Assembly (NCBI GenBank): GCA_964016885.1
Contig: OZ024749.1
Location: forward strand, 5,890,001-5,954,000
Length of the DNA: 64,000 nucleotides
Origin: Eledone cirrhosa
Lineage: Eukaryota
Reading direction: 5' to 3'
A program made the translations under genes and the position numbers. Below are positions 19,231-33,057 of the stretch, piece after piece. Under the pieces are notes generated by a model. The model had not been told where the DNA came from and made no database searches. It saw nothing but the letters and a program-made list of their open reading frames with translations. The stretch's first letter is position 1; each line of letters begins with the position of its first letter.

Positions 19231-19879
19231 ATATATATATATATAGTCTTAAATGTAACACATGTACACTGGCTTCTCTGTTCTAAAATAAGAGAGGTTA
19301 ATAAGTATCATAGAAATATTGGCACTATATCAATATATATCTACACCTTGCTGCCTCCTCACCCCTACATCATTTACTCATTACATTCAATAGCCATATC
19401 AATGTTAGTACTACAGATATTTAATTATTTCAATTTCATTTCTCGTATAATACAATTTAAAAAAAAAATTAATTCTTAATACGATTAGAAGAACACTTCT
19501 TATCTTGAAAGTTTCATATTTAATATAATAACAGTTTTTCCAGTTGATATTATATTTATTTAGAAATTCCTAATGCCATTATATGAACAACATCTCTTAT
19601 CTTTTAAGCCCCATATTAGAAGTCAATACTGAAAATAATAGTAAATATATTTTTTATATTAAATAGAAAAAAAACAAATGACAAATTCTTCAAATGTTGA
19701 GAATGTAAGAAAACCGAACCACAGCCATATCATCATCATTGTCATCATATCATCATCATTATCAACAATTTACATATAATTTATATACTAGTGTGGGTTG
19801 AATGCATTGAGACAGACTGAGACGAGGCAGCTAGCATATACCTTGCTCATAAGTTCCATATTTAGGCATGCTTTAGGCT

Positions 19880-22315
19880 AGGAGTATTTTATTGTGACAC
19901 CAACACTACCCCTTTACAGTGTGGGCTAGGTGCATGTTATTGTGACACCAACATTACCCCTTGACAGTGTGGGCTAGGAGTATTTTATCGTGACACCAAC
20001 ACTACCCCTTTACAGTGTGGGCGAGGTGCATGTCATTGTGACACCAACATTACCACTTTACAGTGTGGGCTGGGAGTATTTTATCGTGACACCAACATTA
20101 CCACTTTACAGTGTGGGCTGGGAGTATTTTATCGTGACACCAACATTACCACTTTACAGTGTGGGCTAGGAGTATTTTATCGTGACACCAACATTACCAC
20201 TTTACAGTGTAGGCTAGGAGTATTTTATCGTGACACCAACATTACCACTTTACAGTGTGGGCTGGGAGTATTTTATCATGACACCAACATTACCACTTTA
20301 CAGTGTGAGCTGGGAGTATTTTATCATGACACCAACATTACCACTTTACAGTGCGGGCTGGGAGTATTTTATCGTGACACCAACATTACCACTTTACAGT
20401 GTAGGCTAGGAGTATTTTATCGTGACACCAACATTACCACTTTACAGTGTAGGCTAGGAGTATTTTATCGTGACACCAACATTACCACTTTACAGTGTAG
20501 GCTAGGAGTATTTTATCGTGACACCAACATTACCACTTTACAGTGTAGGCTAGGAGTATTTTATCGTGACACCAACATTACCACTTTACAGTGTAGGCTA
20601 GGAGTATTTTATCGTGACACCAACATTACCACTTTACAGTGTGGGCTGGGAGTATTTTATCATGACACCAACCTTACCACTTTACAGTGTGGGCTAGGAG
20701 TATTTTATCGTGACACCAACATTACCACTTTACAGTGTGGGCTGGGAGTATTTTATCATGACACCAACATTACCACTTTACAGTGTGGGCTGGGAGTATT
20801 TTATCATGACACCAATATTACCCCTTTACAGTGTGGGCTAGGAGTATTTTATCATGACACCAACATTACCACTTTACAGTGTGGGCTGGGAGTATTTTAT
20901 GATGACACCAACATTACCACTTTACAGTGTGGGCTGGGAGTATTTTATCATGACACCAACATTACCCCTTTACAGTGTGGGCTGGGAGTATTTTATCATG
21001 ACACCAACCTTACCACTTTACAGTGTGGGCTAGGAGTATTTTATCGTGACACCAACATTACCACTTTACAGTGTGGGCTGGGAGTATTTTATCATGACAC
21101 CAACATTACCACTTTACAGTGTGGGCTGGGAGTATTTTATCATGACACCAACATTACCACTTTACAGTGTGGGCTGGGAGTATTTTATCATGACACCAAC
21201 ATGACCACTTTAAAGTCTGGGCTGGGAGTATTTTATCATGACACCTACATTAACTCTTTACAGTGTGGGCTAGGTGTATTTTATCATGACACCAACATTA
21301 CCACTTTACAGTGTGGGCTAGGTGTATTTTATCATGACACCAACATTACCACTTTACAGTGTGGGCTAGGACTATTTTATCGTGACACCAACATTACCAC
21401 TTTACAGTGTGGGCTAGGAGTATTTTATCATGACATCTACATTACCACTTTACAGTGTGGGCTAGGACTATTTTATCGTGACACCAACATTACCACTTTA
21501 CAGAGTGGGCTAGGAGTATTTTATCATGACACCTACATTAGCACTTTACAGTGTGGGCTTGGACTATTTTATCATGACACCTACATTACCACTTTACAGT
21601 GTGGGCTAGGACTATTTTATCGTGACACCAACATTACCACTTTACAATGTGGGCTAGGAGTATTTTATCATGACACCAACATTACCACTTTACAGTGTAG
21701 GCTAGGAGTATTTTATCATGACACCAACATTACCCCTTTACAGTGTAGGCTAGGTGTATGTTATCGTGACACCAACATTACCACTTTACAGTGTAGGCTA
21801 AGAGTATTTTATCATGACACCAACATTACCACTTTACAGTGTGGGCTAGGACTATTTTATCATGACACCTACATTACCACTTTACAGTGTGGGCTAGGAC
21901 TATTTTATTGTGACACCAACACTACCCCTTTACAGTGTAGGCTAGGTGTATGTTATCGTGACACCAACATTACCACTTTACAGTGTAGGCTAAGAGTATT
22001 TTATCATGACACCAACACTACCCCTTTACAGTGTAGGCTAGGTGTATGTTATCGTGACACCTACATTAACTCTTTACAGTGTGGGCTAGGTGTATTTTAT
22101 CGTGACACCAACATTACCACTTTACAGTGTAGGCTAGGTGTATGTTATCGTGACACCTACATTAACTCTTTACAGTGTGGGCTAGGTGTATTTTAACGTG
22201 ACACCAACATTACCACTTTACAGTGTGGGCTAGGAGTATTTTATCGTGACACCAACATTACCGCTTTACAGTGTGGGCTAGGAGTATTTTATCATGACAC
22301 CAACTTTACCGCTTT
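19880..22315. repeat. 48-bp tandem satellite, ~50 copies (ggagtattttatcgtgacaccaacattaccactttacagtgtgggcta)
   Basis: Period 48 (16-aa repeat in ORF 21201-22196). Confidence 0.97.
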
Positions 22316-22421
22316 ATAGGCTGCGTTCATCTTAACATGACATAAACGCTACCTCTTTACTATTATATATTTGGGTGGTTTTATGTATATATATATGTTC
22401 ATAGATATATATATATATATA

Positions 22422-22485
<64 letters not shown>

Positions 22486-22873
22486 TGAATATATATATAT
22501 ATAGAGAGAGAGATATAGATATAGATATATATATAAAACCACCCAAATGAAACAAAAGGAATATTCTCATCACATGATTTATATGATGCTATCCAGTAAG
22601 CAGAGCTGGGGGAGGAGGCAGGAGAGGGGGAGGGGGGGGGACAAAGAAACTCTACATTGTCAATAAAGAGAAATGTATTTTTGTTATGCTTTAGTTTTAT
22701 TTCTCCCCCCAAAATTCATTCATTTGCTGTGACATGGAGTAAAGAATATTTACGACCGCAGAGAAGAAACAAAATAAACTTTGAAACAACATTTGTGGAA
22801 AATATATCTTTTCTAAGTAAGAGAAAGAAAAAAATACATCTCCACCCGGCCATTGTTTTTATACTGAAGGCAG

Positions 22874-22918
<45 letters not shown>

Positions 22919-22921
<3 letters not shown>

Positions 22922-23017
22922 GGTGTCCCAAATAATGTATACATACTTTGATTACCTGTACATGCAATATTCATTAGAATGCTGTTGAAGTGTCTATACA
23001 TTTTTGGGGACACCCTG
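22919..23017. mobile_element. Tc1/mariner-type MITE
   Basis: TIRs cagggtgtccca...tggggacaccctg; TA on the left flank. Confidence 0.7.
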
Positions 23018-23021
23018 TTTA

Positions 23022-23087
<66 letters not shown>

Positions 23088-23232
23088 TACACACACACAC
23101 ATATATATATATATACACACACATTTATATATGTATAACCACCTTAGAATATATAGTAGTAAAGTGGTAGTGTTTATGCCATTTTAAGTTGCACCAGGTC
23201 CACATATGTATGTATATAACTATATCTATATA

Positions 23233-23264
<32 letters not shown>

Positions 23265-23561
23265 CTATTTTTTAATTATGTTCATTCACAGAACGAAAAC
23301 TGCTATCTAAGATTTCAAGGTCCAGTTATGGCCATCTCCCCAGATAATGGAACGGTGGTGCAGGGTGGAACAGTAAGCAAATTGGTGATGTAGTTATCAG
23401 ACGCTTGGATAAGTTTGAAGGTAGATACGTATATATCAAAATATATGTGTGTGTGTGTTTGCGTATATGTGTGCGTGTTTGCGTGTATGTATGTGTGTGT
23501 ATATATATGTGTGTGTATGTGTGTGTATATATGTGTGTGTGTGTGTGTGTGTGCATATAAA

Positions 23562-23592
<31 letters not shown>

Positions 23593-23827
23593 GTGTGTGT
23601 GTGTATAAATGTGTGTGCGTGTATGTATGTATGTGTGTGTGTATATATATATGTGTGTGTATGTGTATCTTGGTATTTTGTAAGAGGTATACTGTTGCAA
23701 GACATGACAAAAAGGGTTAGGATCAGGAATGTTGTCTAGCTACAATGGTGTATTGCTACAAAAAGACTCATCCAACATAAAAACAAAAATGATAATGAGA
23801 AGCCATATGTGTGTGTGTATATATATA

Positions 23828-24197
23828 AAACCAAAGATTAATATGGTTCATTGATTACTCAACGAATACAATATTACAATAGATTAGAAGCACTCAACAG
23901 TTTTTTCTGGAGTTCTTAATATTATTCAAAATGTTAATAAATGAAAAATATTCTCATAATCAAAATATATATGTTATTATACATATTTCAAAGGTACAAT
24001 GGTGTTTTTAAGTATGTTTTCATCATGCCGATATTGGAATTGAATAATCAAAACCGTAGCGGTATGTCACATATCAAATCATATATTTTGTCTGATGAAA
24101 ACGTACCTTAAACACCATTGTACATTTGAAATATGTATAATAAAATATATATTTTGATTATGAGAATATTTTTCATTTATTAACATTCTGAATAATA
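23828..24197 (-). mobile_element. Fold-back Penelope-derived element with HHR (arms ~23920-24025 / 24093-24197)
   Basis: Inverted arms; CTGATGA at 24092 with paired stems; tail (gttgagtgctt) on the minus strand. Confidence 0.7.
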
Positions 24198-25198
24198 TAT
24201 ATATCGATCATTTTCCATGCTACCATGCATTAAACAGTTTGTCCCATTAGAGCCAAGTTGGGTCAGATGACCGTGTCTTGGTCCCATAAAACTATTTCTG
24301 GCTAGGTTTCTATGGCTGGATACCCTTCCTAATGCCAACCACATTTACAGTGTGTGCTCAGTGCCTTTTGTTGTGACTCCTACATGACTACTTGACAGTG
24401 TGGGCTGGCTGCTTTATTCCATGATTATAAACAACATAACATATCAATAGATACTTCTATAACATTAGATTTTATCTCTATATTTAGTCTGAAGAAGGCT
24501 GATCCGTCGACAAACATTGCATACTTGACTGGCAAATAAACCCAGAAACGTTCATCACTTTATGAAATGAAATAGTATATGAAAACTTTATATACTGCCT
24601 TCAAAATGATTCACATATATGTATATTAGCAGAGAAGGCACACAATTACATAAGACAAACAGACAGCTGCTTCTCTCCTCATCAACCACCATGCTGACAG
24701 TGCAGTTCTGTGTATTAAGGTGTATTGTACTTGTAATGCTAGTTTGTGCAAGAGTTTGCCAGACCAGTCTGTTTTTAAAATGTATGTGAGATGATAAGGA
24801 AACAAAGAAAAGAGAGGAAAGTTTACGGGAGTCTTTTGAGAAAAACAGATGAATTCATAAAAAAAATCATGAATGGAAATAAACAGACAACAGACTTAGT
24901 ATGAAAAATGTGAAACATATTAATGCTGGAAAATTTGAAAATGTAAAAAAATTGTCATTCGTCAGAATTCCTCAAATTAATGTGGTTATGTGGCTAAGGA
25001 AATGAGGTCTGTTAGATGCCACGCATGAGAGACAAAAGACTAAATGTTAGGACAAAAGCCAAAGAGAAAGAAGATGCAACACGAGAGAGAGAAAGAAGGA
25101 GTGAATGGAAAAGGGGGTGGGTATAGAAAGGAGTGGAGGGAGATAAAGAGGGAATGAGGAGAGAACAAAGAAGAAATATATGTACACATTTCACACAC

Positions 25199-25231
<33 letters not shown>

Positions 25232-25251
25232 CACTATCCTATATATATATA

Positions 25252-25426
25252 TAATGAAGGAAGTGTGGTAAGGAACCAGGTGGACCATAACGCACCAGAG
25301 TACTCGATACTTTGGGTAGTAGAGTGGGTAATAGGAAAAGGTTCAGGACCCCGACGGCAGAGTTCAAGCCTTTTTGACGGCTATTTCTGGACTGCATCCA
25401 GAACCTTTAAAGCCTCATAAGCTTTT

Positions 25427-25428
<2 letters not shown>
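25252..25428 (-). mobile_element. Short dispersed element (family with 36208, 46305, 54487)
   Basis: ggtaaggaaccaggtggaccataacgcaccagagtactc...gaccccgacggcagag; flanked by (TA)n. Confidence 0.75.
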
Positions 25429-25464
<36 letters not shown>

Positions 25465-25731
25465 TAGTACAGATTAAAGGTTAAGCAAAATAATTCTGCT
25501 TTCACCTTATTACAGGGTCTTTGAAATTGAGAAAAATCAATCTGAAGACGCAGAAGTAAATGTTTAAAAAAAAAAACAACCAAAAGAAAACAGGAAGACA
25601 ACATTAGTTTGTGAAGACATTCTCTGGTGATGGGTGAGAAATATATAGGTACTATACTTATTGAGCCCTCTTCGGATTTTGGTCTTCGTAATTGTTATTG
25701 CTATATATATATATATATACATACACACACA

Positions 25732-25798
<67 letters not shown>

Positions 25799-26062
25799 TA
25801 AAATTAAGAATATAAACAAGGGAGGACAACAAATTAAAGCAAGCCAAAATGATATAAACACTTTTGGAGGGGAAATATTTTTTTTTTAATAAAAGACAAA
25901 CGAAAGACAGAACATTTTATCAGTTTCGACCCCTGCCATGTGGTACTGCTTGTCCACCTGGGAACACACCATCTGACACAAGCCAAAGCACTGTCCATGG
26001 AGTAAATGGTAAGTCAAAACAAAACTTTTAACAATTAAGCCAAAAGAGGTCCACATAGAGTT

Positions 26063-26127
<65 letters not shown>

Positions 26128-26152
26128 TAAACATACATATATATATATATAA

Positions 26153-26185
<33 letters not shown>

Positions 26186-26309
26186 AATATATACAAACAT
26201 ACATATATATATATAAATATATATATACATACTTATATATATATATAAATATATATATATACATACTTATATATATATATATAAATATATATATATATAC
26301 ATACTTATA

Positions 26310-26675
26310 ACCCCTTCTAACTTACCCCCGTTCGCAACGAAAACGATTTTCCTTCTTTCTTACATCGGATTCATCGCGAAAGGTCTATTTCTTACTCGCT
26401 CATATATTCACCCAGCTTATACTGATAGAATAACTATGTAGCTTGTGTTTCTTCCTATCTTCGGTTAGCTTTTCCCTGTGTTGTTTACTTGTCTCACTCG
26501 CTTTACGCGTTTTAATTGTCCTAATAACTTATTTTAGTTATTATTGCACCAACGTGAGGTATATGATTTTTAATGCAATGAAATACCTATGACCGTTGGG
26601 AAATCACTGATGAGGGACTCATTTTATAACATGTTATGCATGTGCAACCATGCAGTATTCTTCTCCCCATATTTT

Positions 26676-26680
<5 letters not shown>
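26310..26680. repeat. Dispersed repeat, homologous to 10090-10565
   Basis: Direct sequence similarity. Confidence 0.7.
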
Positions 26681-26725
<45 letters not shown>

Positions 26726-26902
26726 GCTAGCATGGAAGAGCGGACGTAAAACGGTGATGATGATGATAATGATAAATACATACATACATACATATAATTA
26801 TATAAATAGATACATACATATATATGTATGTATATATATATATATGTTGATTTAAAACTGCACTATCAACAAGTGTTTTTTTAGCCTTCATATCATGTTC
26901 TC

Positions 26903-26976
26903 CTGTTTTATCTGATGAAAACACAAATATTATTGCTTGATGATGTTTGTTTTTGAAATGCGCATAATAAAATATA
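26903..26976 (+). ncRNA. Type I hammerhead ribozyme motif
   Basis: tgttttat-CTGATGA-aaacacaaat...atgtttgtttt-GAAA-tgcgca-TA-ataaaata. Confidence 0.6.
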
Positions 26977-27095
26977 TGGAACTCCTTTAACCATCTTTTG
27001 ATCTTATATTATGCATACTCCAGTCCCACAAACTGTAGAGTGCTTCTTATCCGATATCTGCATTGCTTTATTGTACTACAATAAAACTCACCTCC

Positions 27096-27170
<75 letters not shown>

Positions 27171-27426
27171 TCTCACTGCTATCAAAAAACCACTCCCTCA
27201 ACTATTCTTCTAACAACTTCACCCCTCCCTCCTAATATTCTCTATAAAAACCAAATAGGTCCTCAGTAATATTATTCTGATGAAATGACAGTAAATAATA
27301 ACATTGAAATATTGAATGTCTGCATAACTAAAACTTTGTAGATAGCAGCTGTTTTCAGGTTATGTAACTGTTATAGAAACACGTGTCAATAAATTCCTTT
27401 CAACTAAACTGTATCCATTCAAATCT

Positions 27427-27461
<35 letters not shown>

Positions 27462-27482
27462 CACATATATATATACATACAT

Positions 27483-27566
<84 letters not shown>

Positions 27567-27584
27567 TTATTTATATTTATATAT

Positions 27585-28158
27585 GCACATTTGTCCTAAG
27601 CCACCTGGACTATTGCTCCCAGTTGTGGTCACCCCATAGTGTCAAACTAACCACGGAGTTTGGGGCATTCCAGCGAAGTTACACAAATAGGATTGCGACG
27701 ATGAAGGAGATAAGCTACTGAGAGAGACTAAAATAACTGAAACCCTACTCCTTGGAATGAAGATGGGAGAGATACACATTGATATACATGTAGAAAATCC
27801 TGGAGGGACTAGCACCAAACTTTGGCATTGGGAGCTGGACCAACCCACAAAGAGGACGTCACCGTGTGGTGCCAAAGTCCCGTCTTCCATATCTAGAATA
27901 AGGAGCGGATATTGCTCTTCAACAAGCTGCCAAGGGATCTGAGAGATCTGCATGGTGTGAATGTGGATGTTTTCAAGAAACATCACGACACCTTGCTATC
28001 CAGGATCCCATATGACCCTAGCAAGGCACAAGGGAAACCCAAGGGCAGCAGCAACAAACTCCCTCTTGCACCAGTAGCCAACCGATATAGGCTGGAGATA
28101 AAATGTGTAGCAACAAGGGCGGTGCCCCAGCATGGCCTCAGCAGGATGGCTGGAAGTC

Positions 28159-28160
<2 letters not shown>
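27585..28160 (+). pseudogene. CR1/Jockey-group LINE 3' fragment
   Basis: [34 protein letters not shown]. Confidence 0.75.
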
Positions 28161-28192
<32 letters not shown>

Positions 28193-28195
<3 letters not shown>

Positions 28196-28606
28196 GAGGT
28201 TATATTTAATTTGTTGGGATTCAACAAGCTTAAACATTTTATAACTGATATAAAGCACTCAACAAGTTAGTGGAGGAAATACACAATATATTAATAAATG
28301 GAAACTATATCTATAAAACCATATTTATTTTATTATACATATTTCAAGGGCAACCAAGGTAAATTATGGTGCGCTTTCATCAGATAAAATACAGATTTGG
28401 TTTATAAATAAATATTGACATACCCGGAAAAAAAAAGCTCCAACCGTTAAGGTTGTCTTTTTTTCCGGGTATGTCAATATTTATTTATAAACCAAATCTG
28501 TATTTTATCTGATGAAAGCGCACCATAATTTACCTTGGATGCCCTTGAAATATGTATAATAAAATAAATATGGTTTTATAAATATAGTTTCCATTTATTA
28601 ATATAT

Positions 28607-28608
<2 letters not shown>
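28193..28608 (-). mobile_element. Fold-back Penelope-derived element with HHR in both arms
   Basis: Arms ~28284-28435 / 28458-28608; tail matching 59584-59675 in reverse; CTGATGA at 28509. Confidence 0.8.
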
Positions 28609-28671
<63 letters not shown>

Positions 28672-28928
28672 ATATATACACATATATAAATATAATATTA
28701 AGGATACTATCTATAATTAAGTATATACTATACTATATACAACTATAAACAGGTAAGGTCAGTAATGTATTACTACCTTAATACCAGTAAGATAAATAGC
28801 TCAATGTAAGAACATCATTTGTTATACAGAGCAGTAATATAGAATACACAAGAAACAAAGCTATGTTAGAACATTTAATTGCTGACAATTGTTTCTTCCA
28901 AGCCTAGGCTTGGAGTCTTCGGAGCATT

Positions 28929-29110
28929 GTGGATTGGCAGTATCAGTAGAGGGTCAGACGCCATGCTTTCCAGCATAGTTACGTCCCTTTACGATCTGAG
29001 TTCAAATCCCGCCGAGGTTGAATTTGCCTTTCATCCTTACGTGGTCGATAAAATAAAGTACCAGTAATGCACTGGATAATTGCTGGCCCTGTGCCTAAAG
29101 TAGAAACAAA
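28929..29110 (+). mobile_element. SINE family 2
   Basis: gtggattggcagtatc...gagttcaaatccc (B box)...gcctttcatcc...gataaaataaagtaccag; many copies in the window. Confidence 0.8.
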
Positions 29111-29299
29111 TATTAATAATGTTTGTACATATAATCAACCTCCTATTCCGCTGAAGAATCATACAGATACATATTGTGGACATCAGTGTGGGATGGATGC
29201 GACATATATTATGTTATACTATAATTGTACAATAAGATTAAAAATTAAAATTAAAAGCTTTTGCTGGGGCAGATAATACAAGAGCGTCTAGTAAATAAA

Positions 29300-30420
29300 T
29301 AAGTTAAATTAAAGAGACAGTACGTGCGTTAGTTATATATAAAGCAATTGAACAAGCAAAAGTATCAAGCATATATGAATACTGGTTGTTGCATACAAAA
29401 TACAAGCACTTAAAGCGGGTGTGTTATTATACTATGGTGGTTGCAATGCAGAGATATTTTGTGTAGGTCAAATATGTGTGTGTGTAGAATAAGAAAGCTC
29501 CAGGTTTCACATCCATTACATTTGTCACGATATATTTGTATTGAGTGTCTGTTATAGTAACAGCTTGTAATGTAAAGTAACTTAGTGTTATTTAGTCCGT
29601 ATCGTATATTACACTTGTAGAGCTGGGAGAATTTGCTACTGTTTAATACCCGGAAGTGGGAATGGAAATAAGGGGAGCCAATTTAATTTTAATTTAATTT
29701 TAATCCCAGTCTACTCTCTCCTAATACATTAAGGTATCATTATAACGTTGCCTATCAAGTATTATAAAGTGCCATAATTGAATTTCCCATACAAAGTGTT
29801 ATATATTTATATTAATATAATCTTAGATACAGTCTACCCTCCCAAAATATATCAAAGGTTTTACTAGATTGCTGTCTACCTAGTATATGGTAAGCTATGT
29901 AATAACGTATAGCTGTTTGCATGGTAAAATAGATATATCTCTAGAGTAAATAAACACATGCTTTATATACAATGTTATTAACGTTAATCCATATATTTGA
30001 TTATAAATGTATACATAATTCATTGTTGCATATTGCATTTAAGTTAGATAAATCCCTTATGTTACTACATTAATCCGATATATACAATGATATTAATGTT
30101 TACATTTAATTGAAAATGTATAAACAATTCAATGTTACGTTTAATATTTAGAGTTAATCCAAATTATATTTCCATCACTATATAATTATAAGTAATCTAA
30201 GTTTACTATATTAAGAGTATATAGTTATAGGTCGGCTGAATTGTGTAGAGGAAAGGGTGGATCAAAGAGTGTGGTGCAGTGGTGCAATGCAAACCCTAAA
30301 TGTGAAGTGCTAATGGAGGTGCTGAGTTCAAAACTGACATTGCTATATTCTAGGTTTAAAGCTTTGGAAAGAGTGTTGTAAGCGGTGCAGGCACGATGCA
30401 AACACTTCCAATTTTTTTAT
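29300..30420 (-). pseudogene. Highly decayed LINE RT remnant
   Basis: Minus-strand traces of RPITI, SKTFD, GLN and ETWS motifs. Confidence 0.35.
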
Positions 30421-30428
30421 AAAGGAAG

Positions 30429-30628
30429 NNNNNNNNNNNNNNNNNNNNNNNNNNNNNNNNNNNNNNNNNNNNNNNNNNNNNNNNNNNNNNNNNNNNNNNN
30501 NNNNNNNNNNNNNNNNNNNNNNNNNNNNNNNNNNNNNNNNNNNNNNNNNNNNNNNNNNNNNNNNNNNNNNNNNNNNNNNNNNNNNNNNNNNNNNNNNNNN
30601 NNNNNNNNNNNNNNNNNNNNNNNNNNNN
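30429..30628. other. Assembly gap (N run)
   Basis: Direct. Confidence 0.99.
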
Positions 30629-30700
30629 GAAAGTCCCTGGGGGTAGATATAACTTCTGAGATTGACGTTTGTGAGGACATATATATATATAACATTTTCC

Positions 30701-30744
<44 letters not shown>

Positions 30745-30932
30745 GGTGTATATATATATGTATGTATGTATGTATGTATATATATATGTATATATATATA
30801 TATGTATGTATATATATATATATGTATGTATATATATATATATGTATGTATATATATATATGTATGTATATATATATATATGTATGTATGTATATATATA
30901 TATATGTATGTATGTATATATATATATGTATG

Positions 30933-31082
<150 letters not shown>

Positions 31083-31224
31083 TACATACATATATATATA
31101 TACATACATATATATATATATATACATACATACATATATATATACATACATACATATACATAGGGTAGGGGTTCTCCTACATGGATATAAAGTAGTGGCC
31201 GTACTCGAAAACTAGTTGGCAGCC

Positions 31225-31284
<60 letters not shown>

Positions 31285-31438
31285 ATATATATATGTATAT
31301 ATATATGTCAGGTCACCAGTTGGTGCTACTGGTAACATGTATCCCAGTACAACCTGTCTCATGGTCGGGTCGTTGGCGACTAAACTGGCAACCCCACCAA
31401 GGTTTCTATATATATATACATATCTATCTAGGGCAGGC

Positions 31439-31484
<46 letters not shown>

Positions 31485-31489
31485 CTAAA

Positions 31490-31763
31490 GTCTGTCTTAA
31501 GCCAGTAGGGTCATTTGGTCGGTGCTTATCCCGTTTTCATGGCGTGAAGCGACTGAGAGTGCAAGACCCCCCCCTGGACAGGACGCCAGTCCATTGCAGG
31601 GTTAAACCTCCAGCTATTGCTGGTACTCATTTTCAGCTGGGTATACTGAAGCAACGTGAAATGAAGTGTTTTGCCCGAGAACACAACACGCAGCCCATGA
31701 ATCGAACCCACAACATTATGATCGTAAGTCCAACACTCTTACTACTAGGCCACGTGCCTCCAC
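31490..31763 (-). mobile_element. tRNA-derived SINE
   Basis: Minus strand tggaggcacgtggcctagtagt A box, gggttcgattc B box. Confidence 0.75.
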
Positions 31764-32443
31764 ATATATATATATGGTGGCTGCTAACTCGTTTTCGAGT
31801 ACGGCCACTACTTTATATCCATGTAGGAGAACCCCTACCGATGCGCTGAACGAGTGTGACTTTTTAGTCCAGACAGCGACTTGAAAACTCTGGTACAAAC
31901 ACTACACTTGTGACAATTATTGACACATAATGCTGGGCCCATGGTACCATGTGACGACAAGTGCAGAAAGATCTCCAGATATAAAGCAATGCCTGTGCCG
32001 TGAAGCTTTTATAGTGAGCAAAGGCACTGCACAAAGCCAGTCCCACTCTCTCAACTAAGATGATATTAACCAAAAAGAATATATATATAGATACATATAT
32101 ACATACATATATACATATATATATATGCATCTGTATATATATGTTGGTAGATATACAAATTCTTTATAATTATCTCCAAATTATTTTGTTGAGCAAAAAT
32201 TTGCCAAAACTGCTACTATAGTTCATAGTAATAGTTCGGCTACTGTCTTCTTAACACCCCACTCCTCACTGATTAAACTCGATGTCACGTGATTGATTCT
32301 TTTGAATTTGCCACCGACCAAGTAGGCAGTGATGTTTTCAATGTCTTGGAATTTAGTCCTCGCTTGCTTTTTTCCATCCACTGAATTATTTTTGTATAAG
32401 TTCCCTGTGTCCACGCATCGCCTGGGAACTTAACTGAGAATTG

Positions 32444-32527
32444 ACTTCCTGATGACGAAAGGTATTCTCCATGTTGCTCCATTCGGAAACCATGTTTATT
32501 CCCTTTCAGAAACTAATTAGTTGGAGT
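32444..32527 (+). ncRNA. Type I hammerhead ribozyme (predicted cleavage after 32522)
   Basis: Stem I acttc/ggagt, stem II gaaagg/cctttc, palindromic stem III actaattagt, GUU site. Confidence 0.65.
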
Positions 32528-32975
32528 GAAATTTTAGTAAGTAAGTTAATTTTTATAATTTTCTTATTTTACGTCTTTCATATAATTGTTCTGCATCCCC
32601 TTGCATTGAACCACAAAGTTACTAAGACAAAACCTATATATTTGCTAGTATAGGTATGCATCTGTATATATATGTTGGTAGATATACAAATCCTTTATAA
32701 TTATCTCCAAATTATTTTGTGGAGCAAAAAATTGCCAAAACTGCTACTATAGTTCATAGTAATAGTTCGGCTACTGTCTTCTTAACACCCCACTCCTCAC
32801 TGATTAAACTCGATGTCACGTGATTGATTCTTTTGAATTTGCCACCGACCAAGTAGGCAGTGATTTTTTCAATGTCTTGGAATTTAGTCCTCGCTTGCTT
32901 TTTTCCATCCACTGAATTATTTTTGTATAAGTTCCCTGTGTCCACGCATCGCCTGGGAACTTAACTGAGAATTGT

Positions 32976-33057
32976 CTTCCTGATGACGAAAGGTATTCTC
33001 CATGTTGTTCCATTCGGAAACCATGTTTATTCCCTTTCAGAAACTAATTAGTTGGAG
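32976..33057 (+). ncRNA. Type I hammerhead ribozyme (predicted cleavage after 33053)
   Basis: Second copy of the same motif. Confidence 0.65.

Noticed and set aside
21201-22196. 331-aa ORF with a 16-aa repeat
   Set aside because: A 48-bp satellite derived from a LINE UTR; the open frame is a consequence of the unit length.
27270-27320. CTGATGA...GAAA motif (also weak ones near 24489 and 41939)
   Set aside because: Stem I/III pairing is too poor to call by eye.
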